Virus record (IMG/VR): IMGVR_UViG_3300031949_000067
Coordinates: 1 to 46,873 of that record
Origin: a virus
Lineage: Duplodnaviria; Caudoviricetes
Reading direction: 5' to 3' (one strand)
Length of the DNA: 46,873 bases
Shown: positions 25,515 through 35,147 of the stretch, in pieces
Layout: every line of letters begins with the position of its first letter
Numbering within the stretch: position 1 is the stretch's first letter
Made by a program: the position numbers and the translations under genes
Notes under the pieces: model-generated
The model's database searches: none
What the model was told of the DNA's origin: nothing
What the model saw: only the letters and a program-made list of their open reading frames with translations

Positions 25515-26282
25515 ATGGGAGAACCTGAAAACACAACCCAAGACCAACCCAATCCAGACCAGACGACTCCCCCGTCGGGGGCGGAGACTCCGGCCATCTC
25601 GCCGGAAGTGATGGCCGAACTGCTCGAACTTCACGAGGCGGCAAAGAGGGCGGGCATGAGTCCCGCAGAAGTGCACAACGCGGCCGCCCTATGGACGCAA
25701 AACAAGGACCGAATCATCGCCCGCCAAGAGGAGCAGATGTTCAGCGAGCACGGTACCCAGACCAACGGGAAAACGAAACCGGCCGCCGCCGCCCCGGAAA
25801 CCAACACAGGAGAACCCGACTCCGAGGACTACGTGACCGTTTCCAGAGCGACGGAACTTGCGGCCGAGGCCGCTACCCGCGTCGTTACCCGCTGGGGACG
25901 ACAACAGGTTGAGCACCAACAGCAAGAGGCCCTTTATGACGCACTAGCCAAGCAACACGGAATCACCGACCCGATCATGAAGGAAGCGGTAAAGGCGTAC
26001 GCCGAGAAAGCGCAGCAACAAGGATTGACTCCCCCGCAGGCATACGCCCAGTTCGCGGCAAGCCAGAGAAACACCACGACCAACCAGCGATCGGTGGCTT
26101 CCGCCGTGAAAAACACCGCCGCCATGCGTACCGTCGGAACCGTATCAGGTTCCTCCGGCGGGACGGTAGTACCCACAAACACAGCCAGGGAACCAGCAGA
26201 TAAGCGTTTCACCCCGGACGATGCCCGAAAAATGAAACCGGAAGAGGCCATGAGTAAGCTGTTTTCCGGGGTGCGCCTCTAG
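25515..26282 (+). CDS. Putative capsid scaffolding protein
   Basis: Between portal and capsid; low-complexity N-terminus, helical, acidic/Ala-rich. Confidence 0.65.
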   Translation: MGEPENTTQDQPNPDQTTPPSGAETPAISPEVMAELLELHEAAKRAGMSPAEVHNAAALWTQNKDRIIARQEEQMFSEHGTQTNGKTKPAAAAPETNTGEPDSEDYVTVSRATELAAEAATRVVTRWGRQQVEHQQQEALYDALAKQHGITDPIMKEAVKAYAEKAQQQGLTPPQAYAQFAASQRNTTTNQRSVASAVKNTAAMRTVGTVSGSSGGTVVPTNTAREPADKRFTPDDARKMKPEEAMSKLFSGVRL

Positions 26283-26373
26283 TCACCGTTTTGTAGGAAA
26301 CGTCTCAACTTAACAATCAGGCCCCGACGAACCGACTAGCTATCGGGTCGTCGTTCCTCTGTGAAAACAGAAG

Positions 26374-26418
26374 CCGCGGCAGTACGGACCGTACCCGTAC
26401 TGCGCGCGGTTTTTTGTT
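26374..26418 (+). terminator. Terminator-like hairpin just upstream of the capsid RBS
   Basis: CCGCG-GCAGTACGG/CCGTACTGC-G-CGCGG stem followed by TTTTTTGTT. Confidence 0.5.
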
Positions 26419-26435
26419 GGGCCCAGGAGAAAACA

Positions 26436-27752
26436 ATGACTCTCATGCTGTTTACCGCACTCATAGTTCTTGCCTTTTGCCTAATCGCGTTCGCCGCCCC
26501 CGTCGGGGCCGATCGGACGACGATGGAGAACCTTCTCCAAGAGCAGTTTCGTGACGACAAGATCACGCTGGCCATCAATACGATGGACCTCTTCAACGAG
26601 ACCCTCATGCGAACCCCACGATCAGTCACCGAGGGGCTGAAGTACACGACCTACACTACGACGGCCCTACCGGACAACGACCGCCACTCCAAGGAATGGG
26701 ATGATGTGTCAACGCCCTATCCGTCCGAAGAGGGACTGGCCCACTGGAACATGACGACCGGCGGATTCACCATCCGGGTCTCATACCAGTTGATGCAGGA
26801 CAACGACGGCAGCGCCGTCAATCACTTCAATCACCAGATGAAGCTTAGCCTTGAGGGCCAGAAGCTCACCAAAGAGCGCATCTGGTTCATGGAGTCCACC
26901 GGGAAAATGGCGGGCATCGTATCCGCCGCCTCGGCCACCTCGATCGTCGTGGACAACTACCGCCTGCTCTTGAACAAGATGCACATCGACGTGTGCGTTG
27001 GCACGACAGGCGTCGAGGGCAACGGCATCTACGGGGCACAAATCACGGCGATTACCCCCAATCGAGACAACGGCCAGGGAACGGTAACACTGGCCGCGCC
27101 GGGGCTGAAGAACTTTGCCGGCGTGGACACGACCTACATCCTCGTCCGGTCCGGCGAGTACAACAAGTTGCCCTGGGGCCTGCCGGACATCATTACGTCC
27201 ACCACCAACCCCACCGGCGGGAACTTCGGCACCATCGACCGCACGAGCGCCACGAACGATTGGTGGAGGGCCAACACCTGGGACATGGCCGGCGCCCCGC
27301 CGACGCCAGAAATGATCGAGCTTGGAATGCTCGAAATCGCCGCTCGATTCGGTGCCATGCCCAATCAAATCTGGATGGGCCTGTACGCCCACAAGAACCT
27401 CACTACCGGACGGCTCGGCGACATTCGCCGGACGGCCGACCAGAAGCAGGTCGAAATCTGGCTTGGGGAACTCGTTCACCAGGGCGTGGAGATTCGGGCA
27501 CACCGATTCATCACCGACAGTGACATCTGGTTCATCAACACCAAGGTCATTCACGAGGACTACAAGGCGTCGCTAGGCGAAGGCGGCGAATGGGTGAAGA
27601 ACGACGCCGGCGGCCGGCTGCACAACATGCTCTCTAGCGGCAAGTTGGGCGTCCAGGCGGCTTACGTGCGCATGTGCCAGCACTCGTGCGACGACCCGCG
27701 GGCGCTGGGGCGAATGACTAACGTGGCCTGGTCGCGATTGGGCACGCCGTAA
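26436..27752 (+). CDS. Major capsid protein
   Basis: Follows the scaffold gene; AGGAG RBS; GLPDII...GNFGTIDRT..NDWWRAN and C-terminal CDDPRALGRMTNV resemble HK97-fold podovirus capsids. Confidence 0.78.
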   Translation: MTLMLFTALIVLAFCLIAFAAPVGADRTTMENLLQEQFRDDKITLAINTMDLFNETLMRTPRSVTEGLKYTTYTTTALPDNDRHSKEWDDVSTPYPSEEGLAHWNMTTGGFTIRVSYQLMQDNDGSAVNHFNHQMKLSLEGQKLTKERIWFMESTGKMAGIVSAASATSIVVDNYRLLLNKMHIDVCVGTTGVEGNGIYGAQITAITPNRDNGQGTVTLAAPGLKNFAGVDTTYILVRSGEYNKLPWGLPDIITSTTNPTGGNFGTIDRTSATNDWWRANTWDMAGAPPTPEMIELGMLEIAARFGAMPNQIWMGLYAHKNLTTGRLGDIRRTADQKQVEIWLGELVHQGVEIRAHRFITDSDIWFINTKVIHEDYKASLGEGGEWVKNDAGGRLHNMLSSGKLGVQAAYVRMCQHSCDDPRALGRMTNVAWSRLGTP

Positions 27753-27771
27753 GGCGGGAAAGGAGGCTACC

Positions 27772-28752
27772 ATGAGTTTTGGTGGAATTAGCTCACGACA
27801 CATGGCCCCGAACGCGGGGATTCTTCCCCAGCAGTTGTTCGGCTTCGGGGCCGGGATTCCGGCGGGTCAAATCCCGCTGACCTTCAAGCCGCTCCTGTTC
27901 GTGGACTCCAACAGTTCCTCGAAAAAGGATGCGGGGGGCACCGGATCGTTCGACGCCCCGTTCGCGACGTTGGCCTATGCCGTGACCCAGGCCGAAGCCG
28001 ATCAGGTCATCATATGCCGCGCGGGACACGCAGAGACGATCTCCAGCGCCACGGGCATCGTGTTCGCCAATCCCGGCGTCACGGTCATCGGCGAGGGCGC
28101 CGGCGGAGGCGGAAGCAGCAGTACCCGTCGGCCACTGTTCACGATTGCGACTTCAGTTGACGCCACGTTCGCTATGAATCAGGTGGCGACGAGCATCGTG
28201 AACCTGGAATTTCAGCCGTCCCTGGCGTCGATCGTCGGCGGAATCACCATTTCCGCAAACGAATGCGTCGTACGCGACTGCATGATCGCCGTGTGCAGGA
28301 GCACCCCGGAATTCCTGAGTGGGATCAACCTCGGAGATTCAGCGGATTATGCGAAGATCGTGAACAACAAGTTCGTCGCCTCCGCGCTCGGCGGAAATCA
28401 GGCCATCGACTTCACCGGCGATGCCGGACACTGCGAGGTAGTCAACAACTGGATTTACGGAGACTATGCCGTTGCCGGAATCGTCGCTGAAGACGGGGCC
28501 GCGGCCACTTGGCTGAGGATCCTCGGAAACGCGATCTTTAATAACAACGCCGGTGAGCCGGCGATCGAGCTTCATGCGACATCGGGCGCTACGGGGATCA
28601 TCGCGCACAACTACGGATCGGCTCCGGCTGGAGTTTTTTCTAGCAGGGCGGCTCTGGTTTATCCGGCCGCGGGATTCACCTGTATCGAGAACTACTTCCT
28701 CGATGTGAATGCGAACTCGGCGGTCGTTCAGCCGATCCCGGATGCGGCGTAG
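27772..28752 (+). CDS. Right-handed beta-helix (pectin-lyase-like) virion protein
   Basis: FVDS...GSFDAPFATLAYAV..IICRAGHAETI..GVTVIGEG, then I.NN.F / I.GN.I repeats; AAGGAGG RBS. Confidence 0.75.
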   Translation: MSFGGISSRHMAPNAGILPQQLFGFGAGIPAGQIPLTFKPLLFVDSNSSSKKDAGGTGSFDAPFATLAYAVTQAEADQVIICRAGHAETISSATGIVFANPGVTVIGEGAGGGGSSSTRRPLFTIATSVDATFAMNQVATSIVNLEFQPSLASIVGGITISANECVVRDCMIAVCRSTPEFLSGINLGDSADYAKIVNNKFVASALGGNQAIDFTGDAGHCEVVNNWIYGDYAVAGIVAEDGAAATWLRILGNAIFNNNAGEPAIELHATSGATGIIAHNYGSAPAGVFSSRAALVYPAAGFTCIENYFLDVNANSAVVQPIPDAA

Positions 28753-28782
28753 TCTGGTTTGCGGCTTGCTCATCGTTGCCCG

Positions 28783-28822
28783 GTTGCGGCGCGGGGGACC
28801 ATACTCCACCCCGCGCCGCGAC
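28783..28822 (+). other. Strong intergenic hairpin (no U-tract)
   Basis: GTTGCGGCGCGGGG/CCCCGCGCCGCGAC 14-bp stem after the capsid and beta-helix genes. Confidence 0.55.
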
Positions 28823-28847
28823 GGGCGGATGAGACGAGGATGGGCCT

Positions 28848-29942
28848 ATGGCCACAACGCTTCTCGACCTGCGGAACCTGACCTACGACATCGCCGGGGA
28901 CCGCCGTGCCCGAGACGGAAGCCCGACGATCGCTAGTACGACCGTCGCCAATCTGGCGGTCAACGAATCCATCAAGCATCACGTGTTCGACGCCGAGGGC
29001 ATGAGCTACTACCCACTTTGGGCCGTGGCCGACATCCCCATCGCCAAGTCCGACTACCCCAGCCAACAGATCGACCTGACGGGATCGCCCACCGGCGGGA
29101 CGTTCACGTCGACGTTGTTCGGGCGCACGACGGCGGCGATTGCCTACAACGCTGCGGCATCGGCGGTTCAAACCGCGCTGCGGGCGGTTCGCTTCGCCCA
29201 GGGTGTTCTTACCGTTACCGGAGCCACGCCGACCTGGACCGCCGTGTGGTCGGGAAGCACCCCGGCGGACCGATCCAAGATTCCCCTGATGACCGCCAGC
29301 GGCGCCGGCCTAACCGGCGGGACGAACCCCACGGCGACGATCACCGCCAGTGATTCCGGTTCGACCTACGACCGCGAGTACAGCCTGGATCAGTACCTTC
29401 AGGACTCGGCGTATCGTCCTAACTACCGTTCCAGAATAGACTTACGGATGGTAAGCGGAGACGACGAATTTCCGCTACTCGCCGTTCCGAACGCCGATTT
29501 TCGACTGAAGGATTCCCTGTCTGTGCTGCCGTTCGGGAGAAACTTCCCGTCGGAGTTCGTCTACGACTACAAGATCGGCGACACCGAGATCGGCGGCCAT
29601 TACATCGGCGGGCCGAGCGGAACCGGCTTGTACTATCTACGCGGTGCGTTTTTAGGTTTTGCCGATGTACCCGGCAGCGACTACACCGTTCGCGCCCGAT
29701 ACGTCCCGACCGTAACGCCGCTAGCGTCGGACACGGACACCCTGGACGACGTTGGGCTGTCGTTCCTGAGCGACTTCGGCACCCTGATCGCATCCTACGC
29801 GGCCATGCGACTACGCTCGGACCGCAACGTCGGCAGCGCCGTCGGCAACCAGTACGCCCTGTGTCTTGAGGAGTTTCGCAATGCCGTCTGGCAGCGTATG
29901 ACGCCGGTACTCTCCGGCGGCGCTTCCCGTTGGAGGGTGTAG
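28848..29942 (+). CDS. Putative head-tail adaptor with an inserted domain
   Basis: TLLDLRN..N..VNESI N-terminus and P....TVRARY.P...L..DTD...LIASYAA C-terminus typical of adaptors; internal TGSPTGGTF..TTAAIAYNA.ASAVQTAL module. Confidence 0.6.
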   Translation: MATTLLDLRNLTYDIAGDRRARDGSPTIASTTVANLAVNESIKHHVFDAEGMSYYPLWAVADIPIAKSDYPSQQIDLTGSPTGGTFTSTLFGRTTAAIAYNAAASAVQTALRAVRFAQGVLTVTGATPTWTAVWSGSTPADRSKIPLMTASGAGLTGGTNPTATITASDSGSTYDREYSLDQYLQDSAYRPNYRSRIDLRMVSGDDEFPLLAVPNADFRLKDSLSVLPFGRNFPSEFVYDYKIGDTEIGGHYIGGPSGTGLYYLRGAFLGFADVPGSDYTVRARYVPTVTPLASDTDTLDDVGLSFLSDFGTLIASYAAMRLRSDRNVGSAVGNQYALCLEEFRNAVWQRMTPVLSGGASRWRV

Positions 29943-29948
29943 CATCCC

Positions 29949-32117
29949 ATGCCCCGCAGTCCGGCGCGAGTTCAGCGGTTCATCGGCCCGCTCGGCGGGC
30001 TGGTAACTCATGTCGATGCCCACGCCGTACCCATCACGTCCGCCCAGGATTGCGAGAACGTCGTCCTCATGGAACGGAGTATTCGCGCCCGCAACGGGCT
30101 TCGGCGGCTGGAGTCGGCGACGATCGCGGACTGCCGGATTGAAGGATTGTGGGGTGGCTTGACCGCCCCGGCGTCCGGGGCCGCGGCAGAGATCATCGTC
30201 ATCAAGACGTCGGCCATGTCCGGCGATTACGTCAACGGGGCGCTCTACTTCTCGTTCGCCGTCTCCGGGGCCTACCAGGCACAGGCCGGAACGGCGATCA
30301 CCATCAACGGGAACGTGCCGACGTTCGTTCAACACGGTCAGCGCGACGCCAACGCCGAGTCTCAGGTCTACATGCTGGACGGGTCTGCCCGGGCGCACCG
30401 CATTCCGCTCTCGACGGGCAAGGCGGCGTACCCCGTGGGTCTGACGGCCCCGACGATTTCGGCGAGCACGTTCATCACGAGCGGGCTGACTCATCCGACC
30501 TTTGGGGATAACGAATATCGGGTGACTTTGGTGAATCGTGCCAACCGCCCCGCGGACGACGAATCCGGCAGGCCCGGCCTGGAATCCAGCGCCAGCCCCA
30601 TCAAGACGCAGAACGTAAGTGCCGCATCGGAGGCTCAACTGACCGTAAGCACCGTCGATCCGGCAATTGAACCTTGGACGCATATTCGCGTGTACCGCAA
30701 GGGGCCATCCCAGGCGCATCACCTATTCATCGGCGAGTGGGCTAGACCCATCAACCCTTCTGGACTCCAAGAAAGCGGAGATGGTTTGCTTCTTTGGCTT
30801 TCGGACACAAGCTACAAGCTCGACGAGGCCGGACCGTTCGAGGACGGCCCCGCCGGCGGCGAGTTCCTTGCCCAACCCAACGGCAACGACCCGTGGGACT
30901 TCGCCCCGACGCGCAACGGCGTGCCCGCGAACATGCGCTATCTCGCGTTCTGGGGGGCTAGGTCGTTCTGGGGCCGCCCCAATGAGCCGGGCGTGTTCTA
31001 CTCCGATGTGTTCGACTCCCAGTCCGGCGGGCATTTCGAGGCGATTTCGGGAGAGAAACTGCCGATTCTCGACGCTCCGACGACGCTCTTGGCAGTCATG
31101 GGCGAAGGACTCATCATCGGCACGACGATCGGCCTCCACGCCATCCTCGGCACATTGGTCAGTCACGACAACAACTCGGCCGCCCAGGGCCTAAAACTGC
31201 CCGTCATCTCTCCCACGATTCGCCGCTTTCCAGGCGCTACCCCGCCCGTTGCCCAAGGGACCGGGAGCTACGTCATCGCCGCCGGAAACCTTTACTACAT
31301 AAGTGCTTACGGTCTTGAGCGTTTTAACGGCCAGATCTCCGAAAATGTCTCGGACGGCATCGAAGGGCTGCTCGGAACCAGCAACAACCTGTCTGTGTTG
31401 CAAACGGCGACTCTGGCCCACGATTCGATCGAGCGGCGAATCTACATGCTCGTTCGCACGCCCGTAAGTGGCGGGAAATACACCGAGGACATTGCGGGGA
31501 CGACGGGACAGCTCGAGTCCGTCATCTACGTTTACCACTACGCCCGCCCCAACCCGGAAACGGGACGCGGCGACTGGACGAAGATTGAACGGGTCGGCGT
31601 GTGTTCGGAATCGAGCGCCCACGATCAACGCTACTCGGCGATCGGGGTGCGGCAGACCGGGGCTGCCCGCCCGCTGCTCATGGTCGGCATGCGCATCTAC
31701 GATGCCACCGATACCCGCTTCGACGACGCCCAGGTTTACACGGAATCGCTAACCGAAGCCCGCGACGAGAAGGCGATCGAAACGTCCCCGACAAACGTGA
31801 CCGTTCCGTGGTCTTGGAAGTCGGGCAGTTGGGACTTTGGATACCCGGACATTCAAAAACAGGTACACCACGTCGTCGCCAAAACCAAAGCGATCACCGG
31901 GGGTACGGCCGAGAACTACACCGTCGCCGCCCATTTGGACGCAGACCCGACGCCCACCCAGGACGACTTTGCCGAAACCCTTGACCGCGCGGACCTGTCA
32001 GTTGGCGCGTTCGTCGACTCGATTGCCGTGGAGCTGTCCGGCGATTCTGGGGCGAACGGAACACCATCCGAAACGCTGGGGTTCACCGTGGAGGCCGAAG
32101 CTGCCGATGCCTATTGA
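29949..32117 (+). CDS. Putative tail nozzle / packaged-DNA stabilisation protein (722 aa)
   Basis: GGL...CENV..R.G start, beta-rich propeller-like body, WKSGSWDFGYPDIQK C-terminal motif; follows the adaptor. Confidence 0.65.
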   Translation: MPRSPARVQRFIGPLGGLVTHVDAHAVPITSAQDCENVVLMERSIRARNGLRRLESATIADCRIEGLWGGLTAPASGAAAEIIVIKTSAMSGDYVNGALYFSFAVSGAYQAQAGTAITINGNVPTFVQHGQRDANAESQVYMLDGSARAHRIPLSTGKAAYPVGLTAPTISASTFITSGLTHPTFGDNEYRVTLVNRANRPADDESGRPGLESSASPIKTQNVSAASEAQLTVSTVDPAIEPWTHIRVYRKGPSQAHHLFIGEWARPINPSGLQESGDGLLLWLSDTSYKLDEAGPFEDGPAGGEFLAQPNGNDPWDFAPTRNGVPANMRYLAFWGARSFWGRPNEPGVFYSDVFDSQSGGHFEAISGEKLPILDAPTTLLAVMGEGLIIGTTIGLHAILGTLVSHDNNSAAQGLKLPVISPTIRRFPGATPPVAQGTGSYVIAAGNLYYISAYGLERFNGQISENVSDGIEGLLGTSNNLSVLQTATLAHDSIERRIYMLVRTPVSGGKYTEDIAGTTGQLESVIYVYHYARPNPETGRGDWTKIERVGVCSESSAHDQRYSAIGVRQTGAARPLLMVGMRIYDATDTRFDDAQVYTESLTEARDEKAIETSPTNVTVPWSWKSGSWDFGYPDIQKQVHHVVAKTKAITGGTAENYTVAAHLDADPTPTQDDFAETLDRADLSVGAFVDSIAVELSGDSGANGTPSETLGFTVEAEAADAY

Positions 32118-33960
32118 TCCCGTGGTCCTTGAATCCAGGATACAGAACCTTGAGCGGGTCACAGCTGCGTTCCTACGCCCAGGGTTCGCGTCCGTCATGG
32201 ACTCTTTTGCTGTCGGCGGGACATACAAACAGGTTCACACCCGCACCAACACAGTTGATCCCCCAGTTTTTGGGTGGATTGACCAAGATGCCAGCGGTCC
32301 CGGACCAACCAATCCGGACACCCAATCCGTTCCGTTCATCACCAACATCACCGGCGGGAACGTCACGCTGGGATATGTCGCGGGCACCAGCCCAGCCAAC
32401 AAGGTCGTGTCGTCGAGTTCATCCGATCAGGACGCGGTGACGGTCTTCATTGAGGTCGACGGCGGCTCCGACGGGTGGCAGCCGACGGTGACCATCAATG
32501 CCGTCGCAGTGACGAACCTGACCCGCATGGGGTCCGATACCCGGCGGTTCAGTGGATCGGCGGCGATCACGATGGCGGCTTCCGGGTCGATCGAAGTGAA
32601 TTGCGCCGACGGCGGCTTCTACACGATCGACCACGTTCGCGAGACCGGCCCGGCGATCTTGACGGCGACGTTCGGGGCCTATCCCGGCAGTCAGACCGCC
32701 GTGAAGTCTGGGGACACGATTCACATCACCGGCACGTGCGACGCCGACGCGACCACGATCTACGTGACCGACTTCGAGGCGTCGTCCGCCCTACAGGAAT
32801 TCACGGGCATCACTGGCGGGGTCTTCGACATCACCGTGACCATCGGGTCACGTTCCGGGTCAGACCAGCATTGCCGCCTCTACGCCAAGGACTCCGGCGG
32901 GTTCCAGGGAGCGAATTTCGACACCACGAACACGATCATCCTCGATCAGACGACTCCGACGTTCGGCACCCTGAGCGTCACGTACCCCGCCGGCCCGCCG
33001 CAACAGGAAGCGATCAAGTCTGGCGAGGACGCTGCGGTCGCATGTACCGTGACCAACTGGGACGCCGGGACGATGAGCATTGTCTACAGCAGTCCGAACA
33101 GCCAAGTGACGATCGTGGATGACGAAATGTACGCGGCGTCGAAGACGGCGACCTATCTGGCGGGCAGCTACAACATCTCGACGACGAACTACCGGATGAC
33201 GGTGACGTACGCGCCGACGGCAAAGGTTGCCACCAAAGACGGTGTGGTCTGGATCGCCAACAGCGCCGCGAACGTCAGCGTCAATTCGGGGAATCTATCG
33301 TCGTCCTCGTCGGGCAGCGTCTTGCCCCGGCTCGGAACAGATAACGGGACCGTCGGATATCGGGACCATTCGGTCTACTTGAACGGGGATCAACGCCTAC
33401 TAGCTGCCGGCGGGGCTGTTTTGACAGCTTCTAAGGGAGCGTGGCAAGGGTCGTGGACGGCGACGGACACAAACACGTGGAGTCGCAGTCTTAGGATCGC
33501 TGATGCCGCCATTCTCGCGGGCGGACAGGCGGCCAACAACGGAACTTTCTCGGCCCTTTCGGTGAGGAATCTGGCCAACGTCGAGACGACGGCGATTCAG
33601 TACAACGCGAGCTACGCCATCGGCGGCTTCCAGACGCGGACGCTCAACATGGGTCCAATCACTGGGGGCGACCCCCCGTACACGCACACGGCGGATATCG
33701 GCGTTCCCGTCGTCAACACGACGAAATGCACCGTGGTCAATACGAGCAAAGGAGGCACTCCGGCGCAGACTTACGAGGGCAACGTAACCGAACACAACGA
33801 TGCCGACTCGTCGTTGAACAACTTCTGGACCACGGTTGCGGCATTGGCGGGTGAAAGCTTCGACGACTACACGCGGTATTTCCACTGTTCGGACAAGAAG
33901 TTCTACGACTCAGTAACGGCCCCTGGCGGCTTTAACGTTACGATTGCGGAGAGCGCCTAA
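32107..33960 (+). CDS. Virion structural protein, Thr/Gly/Ser-rich beta-sandwich repeats
   Basis: ATG at 32107 overlapping the previous gene; composition and position. Confidence 0.6.
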   Translation: MPIDPVVLESRIQNLERVTAAFLRPGFASVMDSFAVGGTYKQVHTRTNTVDPPVFGWIDQDASGPGPTNPDTQSVPFITNITGGNVTLGYVAGTSPANKVVSSSSSDQDAVTVFIEVDGGSDGWQPTVTINAVAVTNLTRMGSDTRRFSGSAAITMAASGSIEVNCADGGFYTIDHVRETGPAILTATFGAYPGSQTAVKSGDTIHITGTCDADATTIYVTDFEASSALQEFTGITGGVFDITVTIGSRSGSDQHCRLYAKDSGGFQGANFDTTNTIILDQTTPTFGTLSVTYPAGPPQQEAIKSGEDAAVACTVTNWDAGTMSIVYSSPNSQVTIVDDEMYAASKTATYLAGSYNISTTNYRMTVTYAPTAKVATKDGVVWIANSAANVSVNSGNLSSSSSGSVLPRLGTDNGTVGYRDHSVYLNGDQRLLAAGGAVLTASKGAWQGSWTATDTNTWSRSLRIADAAILAGGQAANNGTFSALSVRNLANVETTAIQYNASYAIGGFQTRTLNMGPITGGDPPYTHTADIGVPVVNTTKCTVVNTSKGGTPAQTYEGNVTEHNDADSSLNNFWTTVAALAGESFDDYTRYFHCSDKKFYDSVTAPGGFNVTIAESA

Positions 33961-35147
33961 TGCCCACCGCATTCGAGACTTTCGTTAACGACGAACTCCC
34001 GAACCGGTTGGCGTCCACCGAAGCTGCACCCACGGCGGGGAACTACCCGCGCTACACGGGTACGGCAAAACTCACGACCCAGCGTACCCCGACCCAGGTG
34101 CTCAGCGACATCGCCGCCGCAGCGGCATCGCATACCCACTCACACACCGTTCTGACGGACATCGGGACGAACACGCACGCGCAGATCGACATCCACATCG
34201 TCAACATGTCGAACCCACACGCGGTAACGGCGGCACAGGCCGGAGCGGCGACAGCAACCCATGCCGCCCAGCACACCAATGGGACCGACGACGTTCAGAG
34301 CGCTACAGCATCCGTGAAGGGCCTTATGACGGCGGCCTATGCTGCCAAACTCGACGGGATTGAGGCTTCTGCCGTTGCTTTGCCCGTGGTCGATACGACG
34401 GCGTTGGCGAAAGACCCGGCGGACGGCACGCGGAAAGCGCGGCTGGACGTTGGTGCGGTGGCGACGGCGACAACGCGCACGATCACCATGCCCAATCAAG
34501 ACGTGGACCTGACGCCGAACACGGGGACTTTCCCGGCGGCGGCACACGCGGCCCGGCATACGAACGGCTCAGACGACGTTCAGGATGCAACAACGTCGGT
34601 CAAAGGTCTAATGACGGCGGCTCAAGCGACGACGCTGTCCACCGCAATTCTCGACGGGGACTACTCCGCAAATGGCCTACAGACGCGCACGGCGGCGGGG
34701 ACCTACACGAGTCGCAGCGTGGCGGCGGGCACGGGGGGCGTTACCGTCAGCAACGGAGATGGTGTTGCGGGAAACCCGACGATTAACGTGCCGAAACGGA
34801 CGTTTCCTTTTCACTGGCAGATCGAAGACCCGGTAGCGGGCGACCATAACTTGTATATCTCGTTTCGTTGCCCATTCGCTTGCACGATCAAAGAGATCGA
34901 GCATCAAGTCAGCGGCGGAACGTCAGTAATCTGGAATATCGGCTTGCGAACGACACCGTTCGGAACTACCTCCGCAACAAAAGTGATGACCGCGGATCAA
35001 GAAGCGACCACTGCTGCGGCGACGATTGCGGCAGGGTCAATCAACAACCCGAACTTCGCCGCCGGCGACGTTGCTGTATTGCAGATAGGCACGGTTACGG
35101 GAGCCGTAGATTGGCTTTTCGTTGGCGGCTATCTTGAGGAAACCTAA
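33960..35147 (+). CDS. Tail fibre-like protein
   Basis: His-pair motifs (SHTHSH, THAQID.HI, NPHAVT), duplicated HAA.HTNG.DDVQ.AT.SVKGLMTAA, VSNGDGVAGNPTI. Confidence 0.7.
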   Translation: MPTAFETFVNDELPNRLASTEAAPTAGNYPRYTGTAKLTTQRTPTQVLSDIAAAAASHTHSHTVLTDIGTNTHAQIDIHIVNMSNPHAVTAAQAGAATATHAAQHTNGTDDVQSATASVKGLMTAAYAAKLDGIEASAVALPVVDTTALAKDPADGTRKARLDVGAVATATTRTITMPNQDVDLTPNTGTFPAAAHAARHTNGSDDVQDATTSVKGLMTAAQATTLSTAILDGDYSANGLQTRTAAGTYTSRSVAAGTGGVTVSNGDGVAGNPTINVPKRTFPFHWQIEDPVAGDHNLYISFRCPFACTIKEIEHQVSGGTSVIWNIGLRTTPFGTTSATKVMTADQEATTAAATIAAGSINNPNFAAGDVAVLQIGTVTGAVDWLFVGGYLEET

